From Azolla caroliniana (lineage: Eukaryota; Plantae; Polypodiophyta), in NCBI GenBank assembly GCA_043228905.1, contig JBHGNT010000001.1, positions 19,220,001 through 19,284,000 on the forward strand: a stretch of DNA of 64,000 bases, read 5' to 3'. The notes below the pieces were generated by a model, which saw nothing but the letters and a program-made list of their open reading frames with translations, searched no databases and was not told where the DNA came from. Both the position numbers and the translations under genes were made by a program. Positions 49,160 through 62,922 of the stretch are shown here, in pieces. Positions within the stretch are counted from its first letter, which is position 1, and each line of letters starts with the position of its first letter.

Positions 49160-52100
49160 GTTGTGCCTTTCGGCGCCGAATCGTTGCGTGAGTCAAGTGG
49201 GAACCGCTGGGGTTTTGGAATAGGAGGAGAAAGAATTTGAGATGAGTTTAGTTATCAATATGAATAGATTATAAGAAAGAAAGATATGAAACTCGTGAAT
49301 CCCATGAATATAATATATTAATCAACCCATATATAAAAAAATCAACCCCCCCCCCCCTGCGAACTTGCACATCCTCCGGTATGTGCCAAAATTTCTAATA
49401 CTTGCTTATTACTCTTCTTCATCTCAATCACCCTCTATCTGTTCCCCTATGTCGATTATTAAATCCAACTCACTTTCCTCGCTTTCTGCACCACCGTGAT
49501 CTTTGTCTAATTGCTCCTCGCAAACAGTCTTGTCTAAGGTCACGTAGGGTTTGTCGTCAGTTCGCTTCTTGAAAATCTTCACCCGTTTCCCCACTATAGG
49601 CACCGGTAGTACCGTTCCATCAAACTCACTTAGTTGGTAGGTTTCGTTGTCAAAAACTTTCCAAACTTCGTATGGTCCAAACCACCATTTAGCGAATTTC
49701 CAAATTGTTGTGTGTTGATGATCCAAACTACCGTCACAGACTATAACCCAATCTCCTTCTTCAATTGTCCATGGTCGTAGACGATGCTTCATGTTGAATC
49801 GCCTTTTGTTCCGGAAGCGCGCTTCTTGTTGTCGGCATATTGCTTTTACTATGTCTTGCGGTCTTCTCTCTAGTTGTCATATCCGAACCACTAGTAGTTC
49901 TTCCTGACTCATCTCTTCCTTCCACGACAACACTGTCCATGTCGCAATTGCGGTTTCCACCGGCATTAATTGTGCTTGGCCGGTCATAAGTTCCATTGGC
50001 ATATAACCGGTCACGGAACTATGCGTTCTGCGATCTGCCCGTAGTGCATACAGAAGCATCAACGGTCAATTCTTCACCCTTCCATCGCATGCTTTTGCAA
50101 GTGCTTTAACGATTGGACTATGTCCTCGTTTGATCTTCCCATTGGCTTCCGGATTGTATGTCGTGGTTTGTGTTAACCGTACTCCATGTTTGGCGAAGAA
50201 TTCCCTAGCTTTATCAGAGTCAAGTTCTCCCTTATCTGCAATCATTTGTCCTACGCACATGTATTTGCAAAACACTTCTTCCAAGAGAAATTGGCATACT
50301 GCAGAACATGTCTTCCTTTGTAGCGCCTGACCTTCTACTTGGTTCGTCAGATCTTCCCGAGCTAATACCAAGTACTTCTTTTGTCCGATCTCGGTTGGCA
50401 TGTCAACAATGTCGACCATCCATTTGAAGTTGATTGTCGGTGAGAATGTTGGATGTAATTCATCTCGGTGTCGAACTCCGGAGTAGATTGGGCATTTCTT
50501 GCAACTTCCCGTGAACTCCGCTACATCTTTGTTCATATTCTTCCACCAATATTTTTTGCTTGATCTTCGCAAATGTTGCCCATGTTCCCCGATGTCTAGC
50601 CCGATCGGATTCGTGAAATTCGGATATTATTCGATTTCGTTGCTCTTTTGTTTCGACTACCCATAGTGGTATGCCATCCGGTCTTTTTGGCTCCCTCCAG
50701 ATTAATCCATTGTTCAAGAAGAACTTCCAGACTCTTTTCCATATTGTCTGATGGTTCCTCAATTTCTTGTAGCACCTTCCCGATCATCAAGCTTTCTCCC
50801 TCGTATTCAGCTTCCTGAAATTCTCGAATTATGACCCAGCATATGTGCCCTGAAGTAAAGTCGTTTTCGGAAACTTCTTCATTATCGGATTCGGCTATCT
50901 CATCTCCGAACCGTGCCCTTGACAGCATATCCGCTACACGTTGTCTTTTCCGGAGATGTGTCATACTCCGGATTAAGCGACTTTACATATGCAATCCATC
51001 TTAGCATAGCCATATCCGGTATCGTACAATACTGCATCATCCCGAGTATCGGAATACAATCCGTTTCGATCACTACTTCGGCTCCGATCAAATAAGCTTG
51101 ATCTGATTTTATCGCCAACATGACTCCTCATAATTCTCTTTTAACTTGTGCATATCTGCGTTTCCTTTTGTTGAGAACATTTTCTCCGAATCGGATCGGA
51201 TATTGCGAACCATCCAAGTCAACTTGGTTGATGACCCATCCGATCCCGGTTGGACTTGTATCAACCGTTACTATGATTGGTCGGTCATAGTTCGGTTTCA
51301 TAATTGCTTCTGCCCTCCATAGTGTTTTCATGAGCTTCTTCATGGCTTTGGTATGTTCCGGCCTCCATTGGAACTTCTTACCCTTCCGCATCAAGTGATA
51401 TAGTGGGTCCACAATGTGTGGATAGTGCGGAATCCATATGTGATAAAATGCACATGCACCAAGAAATCTACGGACTTCGGATTGTGACTCGCATATTTCT
51501 TTCATAGCTTGAATCACATCGATCTTGAATGGTGACGGTCTTTGGCCGTAGGGCCCACATAGATGTCCGACTACCAATATCTCTTCTTGTCCGAATGCCG
51601 ATTTCTCTCCAAACAGTGTTAGGTGCACATTTTCTAACTTCCATAGCACTTTCTCGCAGTCACGAATATGGTCAACTATGAACTTTTAGGCATCCTCGAT
51701 CATCCATAGTCTCATCTTTTTCTTCCACCACACATCCTTTCATCGGAATGTCATCTAGGAATGACATTGTTATCTCCGGAATGCAGTCTTGGAGCACCTT
51801 GTTCATTGCATTCATCATATGTGCGACCGAGTCTGTTGCTTGTTACCCGGACAAAGGGGGCGGACGAACATAGTCGGAGTCGGAAGCGTCAAAGTCGGAG
51901 GTTCGGAGTCGAAGTCGAAGTCAGATCGAGGAAGAGGATTGATAAGTCATCATTTTGGCTAAATAATAATTAATACCGAAAAGTATAGTTAGTTACAAGT
52001 TTTGTAGTTCTTGCCAATAGGGCAACATGTATTTCTTGATGAGGAAGTCATTGAGGTTGCCTATAAAAAGGAACCGAAGACATTGTAAAATCTATCATTT

Positions 52101-55100
52101 TACTTTTAGTAATATAAGTTTAGTTGTAGGAAATCTCGGTGTGCGGCTGTTTATTTTTCTGTTATCTAAATCCACTCTCCTACAACTATATTACGTAAGT
52201 AACGATCTCAATGTCTTTGTAACATCGATAAGATTACGATAACTTAATATCTATTCACACAACCACAATTCTTTGATAGAACGTTCAGTATGAACGTTCG
52301 AACGTTGTTATGTGTCGGTGAGCGAGTCGGCTGTCGACTAAACAACACAGTATAATTTTGGCACGCCCGGTTGCATCTGCAATTACCAAAGAACAAGTCG
52401 AATGGTATCGTTGTCTGGTCCGGATACACTAGTCGATTGTAAACGTCCTCGTACACATTCGGTTACAAACCGACTCGAAGAGGATTTTGCTATGGTAGTA
52501 CAACAAGAAACAAGTTGGAGGTGGTCTTCAGTTCCTGACTTAACTGACAGTAAGTCACATGGAGATCAGTCCGAAGAAGTCTCATTTTACGATATCTGGA
52601 GTGAAGACAATATGCCTTACCCTTACTCGAAATTTTGAGAAGGCTTTGATGCAGAAGTGCATATTAGGGAATTCTTGACAACATGCGAAATAAACTATGG
52701 AGCTCAGCAACTATCGGTGGTAGTCGAGGATAAGTCTAAAATAGCTGTGTTTGATTTATCATTAGATGGTCAGTCGGCAAATTGGTTTGCTCAGAATGGT
52801 TTCCAAGCGTTCGAAACATTCGAACAATTAACCAAGAAGTTTCTTCAATTGTTTCATTGACAAATTCCTCAGAAGGATCTGATAGCTCAGTTTTATGCAT
52901 TATATCAAGAACCCAATGAAACGGTGTCACAATTTGTCATATTTCAGAATCTGTAGTTACAAATTTCCAGGCCAATTCCGGATAACGAACTAAAGGATAT
53001 CTTTCTCGAGACAATTCGCAAACCACTAAGAACAACATTAGCGGTGTTCAATTTCCGAAGTCAGTCAATTGAGCAAGTGATTGATAAGGCCATTACTATG
53101 GGTCGAAATCCAAAAAATGTAAGAAGTATGGATATGTCGGCATTGGATCATACTTTGCTAACTATGGAAGAATTACAGTTTCGCCAAGCAGTACAATGTA
53201 CTAGTTTGAATACTGGGGATTCGACAATCGAGTGTAGTTTACGTACACATTGCACAATCTATCACTCTAAGGCCCATTCAATAGAACAATGTGAATACAA
53301 TTTGCTTAATAAAGCAACAACGCCGGTACGACAAATATTTCCGGAAAATGGTTACCAAGATAATCGTAATAGGTTCAATGACCGGTATGATAATCAAAAT
53401 TATTCGGAAAGGCGACCGCATAATGACTGGAATGAATATAGGAGAAATGATAATCAAGGTCTCACAGTATGATTGTCGACAGAATCGAGATCAAGATTTT
53501 TCAACACCGTAGGATAACAGTCGTCAACAACAACAAGGAGGTCGTTATCACAATAAACAGAATCGGCCCAACAACAAAAAATTCTATAAGCCAAAAGCGT
53601 CACGGCAATTTCAACATGATTCTCAGAAAGAACATCCGAATGAAGATTCCCAATATGAACAAGGTGAAGGCAGTGGATCATTCACTCCTAACTATTATAT
53701 TTGCAGGAAAGATGGACATTATGCAAATCAATGTCCCTTTAAAATAAAAGGAAAAGCACCTGTCGTTAATATGGTGACACTGGAAATTCAACAGGTCATT
53801 ACCAGAAGTAAAGGTAAACAATCAGAATGGGAAATTCAGGGCGTTGTTTGAAAAGCAACCAAGGAATGGGTGGAAGAAGCAAATAAAAATAATGTGTCCA
53901 GGATGTTGCAAGACAATGAGGTAAACCAAGTTAACGAGCTACCCAGAGCAATGGCCGTACAGGAACATGAGGAAACTTGGAAAATCTTGGCTGATTGCCA
54001 AGTATCATTACCCTTGACGGGATTACTAAAATTCATTCCACAGTTTACGAAGAAAGTGGCAACTTTGATTGCCCAGAAAGGGATAGGGGATAGAACAGGT
54101 AGCAGTTAATTATAGTCAACCAAGTAATAGTCTGACAGTTATGGATGAGTAGAATCCATCAATAAGAGTGATAATACATGGCCAAGAAATAGATGGTGGA
54201 TCAGGAGTAAATGTAATTAACAAAACTACTTGTGACAAGCTGGGTATCACTAAATGGGAAGCATGTCCATTCTGGTTGAGAATGGCCGATACTAGTACGG
54301 TGCGACCGATCAGATTAATTAGGCAATTAGATGTCGTATTAGGTGGTCACACTTTTCAAATATCAGCAGTGGTGCTTCATTTGGAGGCTCCTGGGGCATA
54401 TCCTATGTTGTTAGGGCTGCCAATATTTAGCAAAATTGGAATCAGAATTTATTAATATTCTGGAAAGGAGAAAATAAAATTCGGGTATCCACCCATAATA
54501 AGATAACTACAAGTAGGCAATGTTTGCCAATTCATGGAGAGGCAGTCAATATGATGGAAGGATTGGATGAAGTGGAAGAGACTAATTATTTTGATGATAA
54601 CCCAAAAATTATTCCCTTGTTTGAAGTGGACATATGACAAGCTCTTACATCATATGTTGATCCACAGGATGACGTACCACTTGATGATCAAACAATGAAA
54701 GAAATCTGCCTTTAGCAAGAGGCTGCCGAAAAAGAAATAAAAGTATCTCAACAAGTCCAACCTTCAGCATTGGAAGAGATAAATTTAGTTGGGGAAGATA
54801 ACACGCTCGAACCAAAAACAATATTGATCGCCAAGGATATGTTGTTAGCTAACAAGCAACGATTAATTGGCTTACTCAAACAATATAAGGATGTGTTCAC
54901 CTGGTCCTTCGAAGACATGAAAGGGTTGGATCCAGCCTTCTGTCAACACTAAATTAATCTGCATAAAGATGCGAAGCTGGTTCAACAACACAGGTATCGT
55001 CTAAATCCAAATTATGCAATTAAGGTCAAAGAAGAAATAGATAAACTACTTAAGGTAGGGTTTATTCGTCCTGTCAAAAAAACTACATGGCTGAGCCCAA

Positions 55101-58100
55101 TTGTAGTCATCCCGAAAAAGAATGGAAAGATTCGGGTATGTGTCGACTATCGGAAACTCAATGCAACAACAATAACAGACGCATTTCCATTACCGTTTAT
55201 GGACGGTATATTGGATGCAATAGTTGGTCATGAAATGTACAGTTTTCTAGATGGCTTTAGCGGGTATAATCAGGTAAGAATGAATCCGGATGATCAAGAA
55301 AAGACAGCCTTTGTGGCGCTCGTAATGATGTTCGAGTTAAAAACAACCCCAGCCACATTTCAAAGGATCATACAGGAAATGTTTGCTGAATACATTCCAA
55401 CATTCATGCAAGTTTTCTTGGATGATTTTGCTGTCTATAGTCGAAAGTCAAAACATTTTGAACATTTACAATTATGTTTGGAACGATGTCAGAAAGGTCC
55501 GCTTAGCTTGAATCTGGCAAAATGTGCATTCGGAGTTACGAGTGGAGCATTATTAGGACACATTGTCAGTCAAGAAGGAATTGCAATGGACCTAGACAAG
55601 ATCAAAGCGGTATTAGATGCACCAACACCAACCAATTCTAAGAGCCTTAGTCGATTTTTAGGACAAATTAGATGGCATAGCAGAATGATCAGATATCTTG
55701 CAGATGTTGCCACTCCCTTACATACGACAGTGCATAAAACACCTTTCCAATGGACGAGTGTGGAGCACGATGCATACGACTATCTAAAGAAAATGCTTTT
55801 TAGAGTTCTGGTTGTCCAACCCCCTGATTGGAACAAACCGTTTCATGTGTTGGTCGATGCATTCGACGTAGCAATCGGAAGTGCACTAATGCAGTTATCT
55901 GAACCAAGCTGGTACAGACCAGTTTACTACACTAGTCAGAAACTATCCACAACAGAAAGGAATTATTCGACAACTGAAAGGGAAGCTCTGGAAATGATTT
56001 ACAGAAGAAATTTACATTCCATGTTGATCACTCTGCTTTACTATATTTGGTATCCAAATAGGAATTAACTGGCAAAGTAGCACGCTGGACGCTATTACTT
56101 CAGGAATTTGAACTCGACATTCTACATAGAAGAGGAGTGCAACATGTCGTCGTAGATTACCTTAGCCGATTAGAGTCGAGAGAACAAGGTATAGGAGTTA
56201 AAGATGATTTTCCGGATTGCCAACTCTTTCGAGTAGAGACGGTACGAGTGCAACAAATAAATGAGGAGATTGAGGATGCTTGGATTACAGAAATGACAAT
56301 TTCTCTTACAAGAGGGTTACCACCTGAACATCTATCAGTTAATGAAAGAAAACGGCTAGCAGTTCACAACCGGAATTTCTGTCTTTTAAATGATACTTTG
56401 TATCATAAAGGAGTTGATGGAATTTGGTGATGAGCAGTACGTCAATTTGAGAAAGACTTAATTCTTTGGGAATCTCATTGTGGTATCGCGGGAGGGCACT
56501 ACGCCGACAAAACTACTACTTGGAAAATTTGGAATAGTGGGTTATGGTGGCCAACAGTTCTGAAGGATGTAGTCGAATACTGTCGGAAATGTGATTTATG
56601 TCAAAGGATGGGTCAACGTACGGAAAAAGATAGGATGTCATTTCAACCCGTCTTGCCTTTGGAACCATTCCAGAAATGGGGATTAGACTTTGTCGGCCCA
56701 TTTAAACCAGTAGCAATTTGAACAGGGAATCGATACATCATAGTAGCCACTAATTACTGCACTAAGTGGGTAGAGGCTAAGCCTTTACGAGATAACACGA
56801 CAACATCGACAGCAAAATTTCTATACGAAAGTATATGGTGCCGATATGGGTGTCCGATTGAGTTGGTAAGTGACCAAGGTACACATTTTATTAATAAGAT
56901 TGTACATGAATTATCTACATATTATGCAGTGGTTCATAAGAAAAGTACTCCTTATTACCCTCAAGCCAATGGGCTAGCGGAGTCAACAAATAAAATGTTG
57001 CAAATGATACTCAAGAAAATAGTCAATAAAAATCATACAGATTGGGATCAGAAACTGAATAGTGCCTTACGGGCATATAGGACTTCATATAAAACTTCTA
57101 TCAAATCGACTCCTTTTTGCATGGCATTTGGGTTAGAAGCCATAATGCCAATAGAGTTTCAAGTTCTAACACTCCGAATTCAAGCGACACAAAGGTTAGA
57201 TGAGTTACCGTCAAAACAAATTCGGAAAGAAGGATTACTGTTACTAGAGGAAAGTCAGATACAGGCTATGATAGATTTAGAGCGGAAGCAACGACAAACA
57301 AAAGCATTTGTGGATCGTCATCGTCGACATACAGAAAAGCAGTTCACAATCGTGAAACCGGTGTTAGTATTTCAAACAAAAATGGGGTCTATGCCAGGGA
57401 AGCTTCGATTTCGATGGACGGGACCATTCTGGATTGTTAGTGGCAGAAATGGTACGTATCAAGTTGGAACACTGTCTGGGGACATTCTACCGAAATGGGG
57501 AAATGGTTCTCGGCTTAAACCCTATCACGGGTCAATACCGGAGAACCCCTCTCGGGCTACATCCTCTACAACATGACGTGGTAGACGTCGCACAAAAAAA
57601 AAAAAAAACTTGGCAAAAGTAAGTTACCATCAGAAAAAGAAATCTTGGGGAAGTCTTTGTAACACTATAAGTAACCTGGGGGTAATAATGCATGCAGACT
57701 TTAAACGAGTAGTGGAGCCATTATTACTATTTTTAGACTACTACTTACATTAATAGTAGCATTTTCTATTCCCTAGGCATTATGCAACGATTCATTTTCT
57801 TAAAACCTATTTCTTCATCTTCTGTGCCAACAACGCAGAGACAGAAGCATATATGTGCTAAAACATTTTCTGCTCTTCCGCGCCATAGCCTAAAGTTTTC
57901 TACACAGAACTCCGATCTTTCTCTCGAAGACGACATAATACCAATCCCTGTTTTCGATAACTTGCGCCAGTGGCTCGTAAACAAGAAACTGTAGGGTTTC
58001 CTCAAGGTTGCAGAGGCAGACTCCCACCCTCGTGCGACAGAACTTCTGCAGCAGATCATCGTCTCCAAACTAACGAACAAATAGGTATGCCTAGTTTTGG

Positions 58101-61009
58101 AATTAAAACGAGAAGGATTTCATGAGGTATAGAAAATGGAAAAGGATATGCTCAGATCGTATTTTGGAGAATATTCTCCCTCGGCCAAAGATTTTCAAAC
58201 ATAGGGTGGGGAGGACGAAGTTTTTCATGAAGTGGCCAAATTTTTGTTAGAAGTGCGTTTTGTTAGTCCCCGATTTTACTGTATGCCCAAAAAGAGAGCC
58301 GGCTTCATAATCGCCACGTACGAGGGTGAAGTTTTTGACTGGGGGTTGTTGTCAGCAAAAGCTATGCGGGAGCAGCTGCATGGGATGCAAAAAGGGAAAC
58401 CAATGAAACCGATCTTTGCTCGCTACTTGTCGGTGCTTTTTCCGACACAGAGATCGACAAATCAACAAGAACAACTGAGGCCGCAATGGCCACAAGCAAC
58501 TTCCTGACCCCGAAGACAGGTACAACATGAGGAGTGCCACGCAACCGGAAAATGAATCACAACAACCGGTACCCTCACCGGTTCCGAAGTCGTCACAAAA
58601 TCCCCAACCAGACTCTATACCTGTCCCACAACCAACTCCACAATCGCCCCAACTTGTATGATGACTCATCGATCATCTTCCTCGATCCAACTCCGACTAT
58701 TCTCGTCTGCCCCCTTTGTCCGGGTAACATCGCTCCTTGTGGTAGCGTGCAAATCCGGACTAATCCTATCGGTGTTCACATTGTAGTGATATCTCGGCTC
58801 TCCATGGGTAGTTGGAATTGGTCATACCCGAAGTATAGGTCTCCAATGGAGTATATCGCGTTTCTGGCAAATGCTTCCGCAAATTCGTCCACTATCGAAC
58901 AAACTCCGGAGTTCCGGATCGTGACCTTGTTCACCGGTTGCAAATCTTCAATGAATCGGAGTGACCCATTCTTCTTAGGAACCGTAAACCATCGATTTGA
59001 GTACGGAGCGTTTGATGGCTCTAGAATCCCCATCGCCACCTTCTCCTTGAGCAAGTCAATGATTTTCGGAATATGCGCACGTGGCACCGGAATCGGCTTC
59101 AGATTGCATGACACATGATCAATTGAGAAGATCACCATCGGTTCTACTATCTTCGGATCAACGCACCCTATCTCTCTTGATGTGAATGTGAATGCTTTTC
59201 CATGTTGCTCTAGCATCTCACGAAATCGTTCTTCTTTGTTCTGTAAGAGAAACCCACCTCCACCGATCCGAAGTTTCTTCCGGGTCTCATTCGTGAAGGC
59301 ATGTCCGATATCCACGGACTTCCGAAGTCTCGGATCTCTCGAGACTTCTTTCCTCTTTTGTTCGCTATTGGCGGGTAGCGGTCCCGCGAACGTTTTCACC
59401 TTCTTTTCCACAGTCTTATATTGTGTACATACCATTGCTTCTTCTTTGCGGAACTCCGGCCCTAGTTTCGAAAATTATGATCTCGTACATCTTGACTGAT
59501 TCCACCGGAACTACCTAGTCTCCATGGCTATTCTCTTCCGTAAGCTCTTGAAGCCATTATAGCGTGTTCCCATAAAACCCTTCTTCGACTACTCCCACGA
59601 TTTCTTCGTCTTCTTTTATGATTGATGCAAACCATAACTCATATAGCACCTTTCGGAATTTTTTCTTCATTACTCCGGTTATGGCCGTGTATGTAGATGC
59701 CCCATGCGGACCGATTCGTAGTTGTTTTGTTCTGAGATTTGTCTTCCTGTGTGGGGTATCAGGGCTTCTCGGACTATCACTTCCCCACTCCGCAATAGTC
59801 CGCTTTAAAAATCCATTTTTGTTTGGGACAAGAGCTCTCTCTTGTTCCTTTCATGATTTGATGGCACAGTTAGGAATTGGACGGTTTTCCCTCCTGTTTG
59901 GCTCCGAATTCGTGTAAAAGCCGCTCCATTATCGAGCCCCTTTGTCTCCATCCATGAAGCCATGATAAAGGGTTGCCAGAGGATCACGGAATGTGAGACC
60001 TCATCTTGAACGAAGAAATTTTGGTCAATCTCCACATCTCCAATCTTCACCATCACATCCGGACAAGCCGCAAATAGATCTTCCGTGGCTTTTGTGGCTG
60101 CCCGAATCTTCCATCCATGGCTGGTGTTTATAGGTCACTTCCCTTTCCGGTAGAACTCCTTGGACATCAACTTGATCTCTGACTCGTGATCAATCAATGC
60201 TAGTTGGGGCTCTTTGATGTTTTCCATTCAAACCGAAGTCTCCGTAGTTGCACGTGCCGAGTGTGGCCTTCTGTAGTGGGAGTTTGGAATTTCACCCTTG
60301 GAGCATTTTCCTCCGTAGTTTGTCTCTTTCTTTTTACGAGATCCAAAAGAAGATTGTGAAACTCCTTCTTCATGATTCCGAGTAATTCCCGGAGAGGAAA
60401 TTCCACCCGACTATCAAGGATTCTCTCTTCGAACACCTTCTTTAGGTCCGTCCGTTGTTCGATGTCCGAAGCGAGTTTGAATTCCGGAATTGTTTTTCCT
60501 TTCCCCTTCCCTTGGGAGTTCCAGCTCTCCGGTGTCTTTGAGGGCCCGGCCGTATCATCTGTGCATCGTCGTTTCTCATTTACATACACCTCATGCAATT
60601 GACATAACGCATGTATGCTATTCTTATCAATGGGGCACTCCCATCCCATAGCTTCCCGGATGCCTTCTGCGGTGCTCCAGATTTCATCAAAGTCAGATTT
60701 CTCCAAGATTTCTAGTGCTTCCAGCCAAAAAGATGCCTTTTGTCCAGATGACTCCCCCACGCGTATTCCCGCGTTTGTCGCATAATTACTTTTTGCCGCT
60801 ATCTCCTCCTCTAGGACCTTCTTCATGCCACCTTTTCGGAATTTCGGTCGGAGTGGCTTCCGAGAGTCCATCGAATGAATCTGATTTCCCTCGTAGTAGA
60901 TAAGATCCTATCGTAGCTCCTCCTTGTGCTCATCACAATCCTTCTAATCATGTTCAGTGCTATCGCACCATATGCACCGACGGTCCATATACTTGAAACT
61001 TGTGGGACG
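49160..61009 (-). mobile_element. Degenerate Ty3/Gypsy element G (distinct lineage), interrupted by H and J
   Basis: Gag at 60200-61009. RT (WFTVPKKNGSLRFIEDLQPVN..CTLPQGA|TDSVAH), RH (VTVDTSPTGIGWV) and IN (VLAREDLTNQVEG, YNPEANG, KWWFGPY). Canonical G12 PPT at 49346-49357. 3' LTR boundary uncertain. Confidence 0.8.
51841..58729 (+). mobile_element. Ty3/Gypsy element H (Athila/Tat-like): 5' LTR, PBS, gag-pol, truncated ORF2, ending in an inverted U3 fragment
   Basis: LTR 51841-52347; PBS TGGCACGCCCGGT at 52359-52371; gag-pol ~52612-57576; ORF2 ~57938-58657; inverted LTR start 58658-58729; flanks TTGCT / TCGCT. Confidence 0.88.
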
Positions 61010-62922
61010 TGTCAGGAACTCAACGCTCCTTCTGCACAACGCTCGGCCACACCCGAGCTTAGAATCATACACAGAAAACAGGAAACGGAAAACCACGATA
61101 CAAAGGAGAGAAAAGGCGCACATGATGTTTACGTGGAAAACCCAAACTAAGGGAAAAACCACGGCAGCCCACAGGCTGCAAACTATCACTATGTTGGAAT
61201 GTACAAACAGTGAGTTCACGGAGGCAACGACCTCGTGCTCACGATCTTCGCCACAGGCGGCGGTTACAACAGAGGCAACGACCTCTTTCTCTCTCTCTCT
61301 CTCTCTATGTACACTGTTACGTGCTCTCTCTTCTTCTTCTTGCACCAACAAGAAAAATGACAACAACAGTTCCTATAAGTTGGCCCTAAGTCATATTTAT
61401 ACTAATATGACTTTTTGGCTATTTACAAATATAGCCTCGATGGGCTCTCAGAAACATATTTACGAATATGTCTCTTCGTCCGGTGAGCATTCCTCACTGG
61501 GTCAGCACCATCCGGCTCTCCGTAGCCGGGTACTTCTCATTCGGTTCTCACCGGGTCTGCACCATCCGGCTCTCCGTAGCCGGGTACTCCTCATCCGGAT
61601 CTCACCGGGTCCGCACCATCCGGCTCTCCGTAGTCGGGTACTCCTCATCTGGATTCGGTCGAGGCCTATCGGCCTCGGCCGAGTTTGTTTATCGGCACTG
61701 TTCTTCTCTCTTCCCATCTGGAGGGACCTGTCTCCCAACAAACTCCCCCTTCACTCTGGCATGGGGTGTCTTACCAGTTCGATCCGCTTCCGGCATGCAT
61801 CCAGCTTGTCAGGTATCAGAACTTTGGTCAGCATATCTGACCCGTTCTCGGCCGTATGGATCTTCGACAGTGCGAACTCCTGGTCATCTACTCTTTCCCG
61901 GATCCAGTGATACCTTCGCTGGATATGCTTCATCCGGGAATGGTAGGCCGCATTCTTAGCAAGGTGGATGGCACTTTGACTGTCGCAATAGAGCCGGTAT
62001 TCATCTTGCCGCATACCGAGCTTTCCGATGAAGTCCTTCATCCATAATATTTCCTTGCCAGCTTCCACAGCCGCCATGTACTCCGCCTCCGTGGTTGACA
62101 AGGCAGCCGTCTTCTGCAGCCTCGACTGCCACGAAACAGCTCCCCCTGCATATGTCATTACATACCTGGATGTAGACCAGCTGGTATCCACATCAGCCGA
62201 CATGTCCGAATCGGTAAAACCGTCAAGTTGAGGTTTTCCGGAGCCGAATCAGAGACACATATTTGAAGTGCCCTTCAAATACCGGAGTATCCATTTGACC
62301 GCGTTCCAGTGCTCCTTGCCGGGATTGCTCATGAACCGGCTCACCACTCCGACTGCGTATCCTATATCCGGTCGGGTACACACCATTGCGTACATCAAGC
62401 TCCCGACGGCAGAGGCATATGGAATCTTCATCATATCCGCCTTCTCTGCTTTCGTCTTCAGGCTTTGCTTACCGGATAGCCTGCAGTTTGCCGGAAATGT
62501 CGATCCGACTGGTTTCGCTTCTGACATGTTGAACCGGTGAAGCACCTTTGTCACATACTTCTCCTGTGACAACCATAATTGCTTCTTTGACCGGTCCCAA
62601 ATGATGTGCATCCCCAGCATCTGTCTTGACGGACCCAAGTCTTTCATTGAGAAGGTTCGGTTGAGAGCCTTCTTCAACATCCGTATTTTGACTTGGTCAC
62701 GTCCGACGATCAACATATCATCCACGTACAGAAGGAGTATCAGGAAGTCGCCTCCTTCGAACTTCTTCACAAACACGCAGTGATCGGCCTGCGTCTTGTG
62801 GTACCCTTGATCGGTCATGAAGGAATCGAACTTCCGGTACCATTGTCGGGGAGCCTACTTTAGTCCGTACAAGCTCTTCTTCAGCCGGCATACCAGGTGC
62901 TCCTTCCCTTTCTCCACAAATC
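61010..62922 (-). mobile_element. 3' part of Copia J (B-related): RT-RNaseH, PPT, 3' LTR 61010-61740
   Basis: RT/RH nearly collinear with B (YVDDML, ENGSDMLTK); PPT GAAGGGGGAG; LTR TG...CA containing three 54-bp repeats. Confidence 0.88.
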
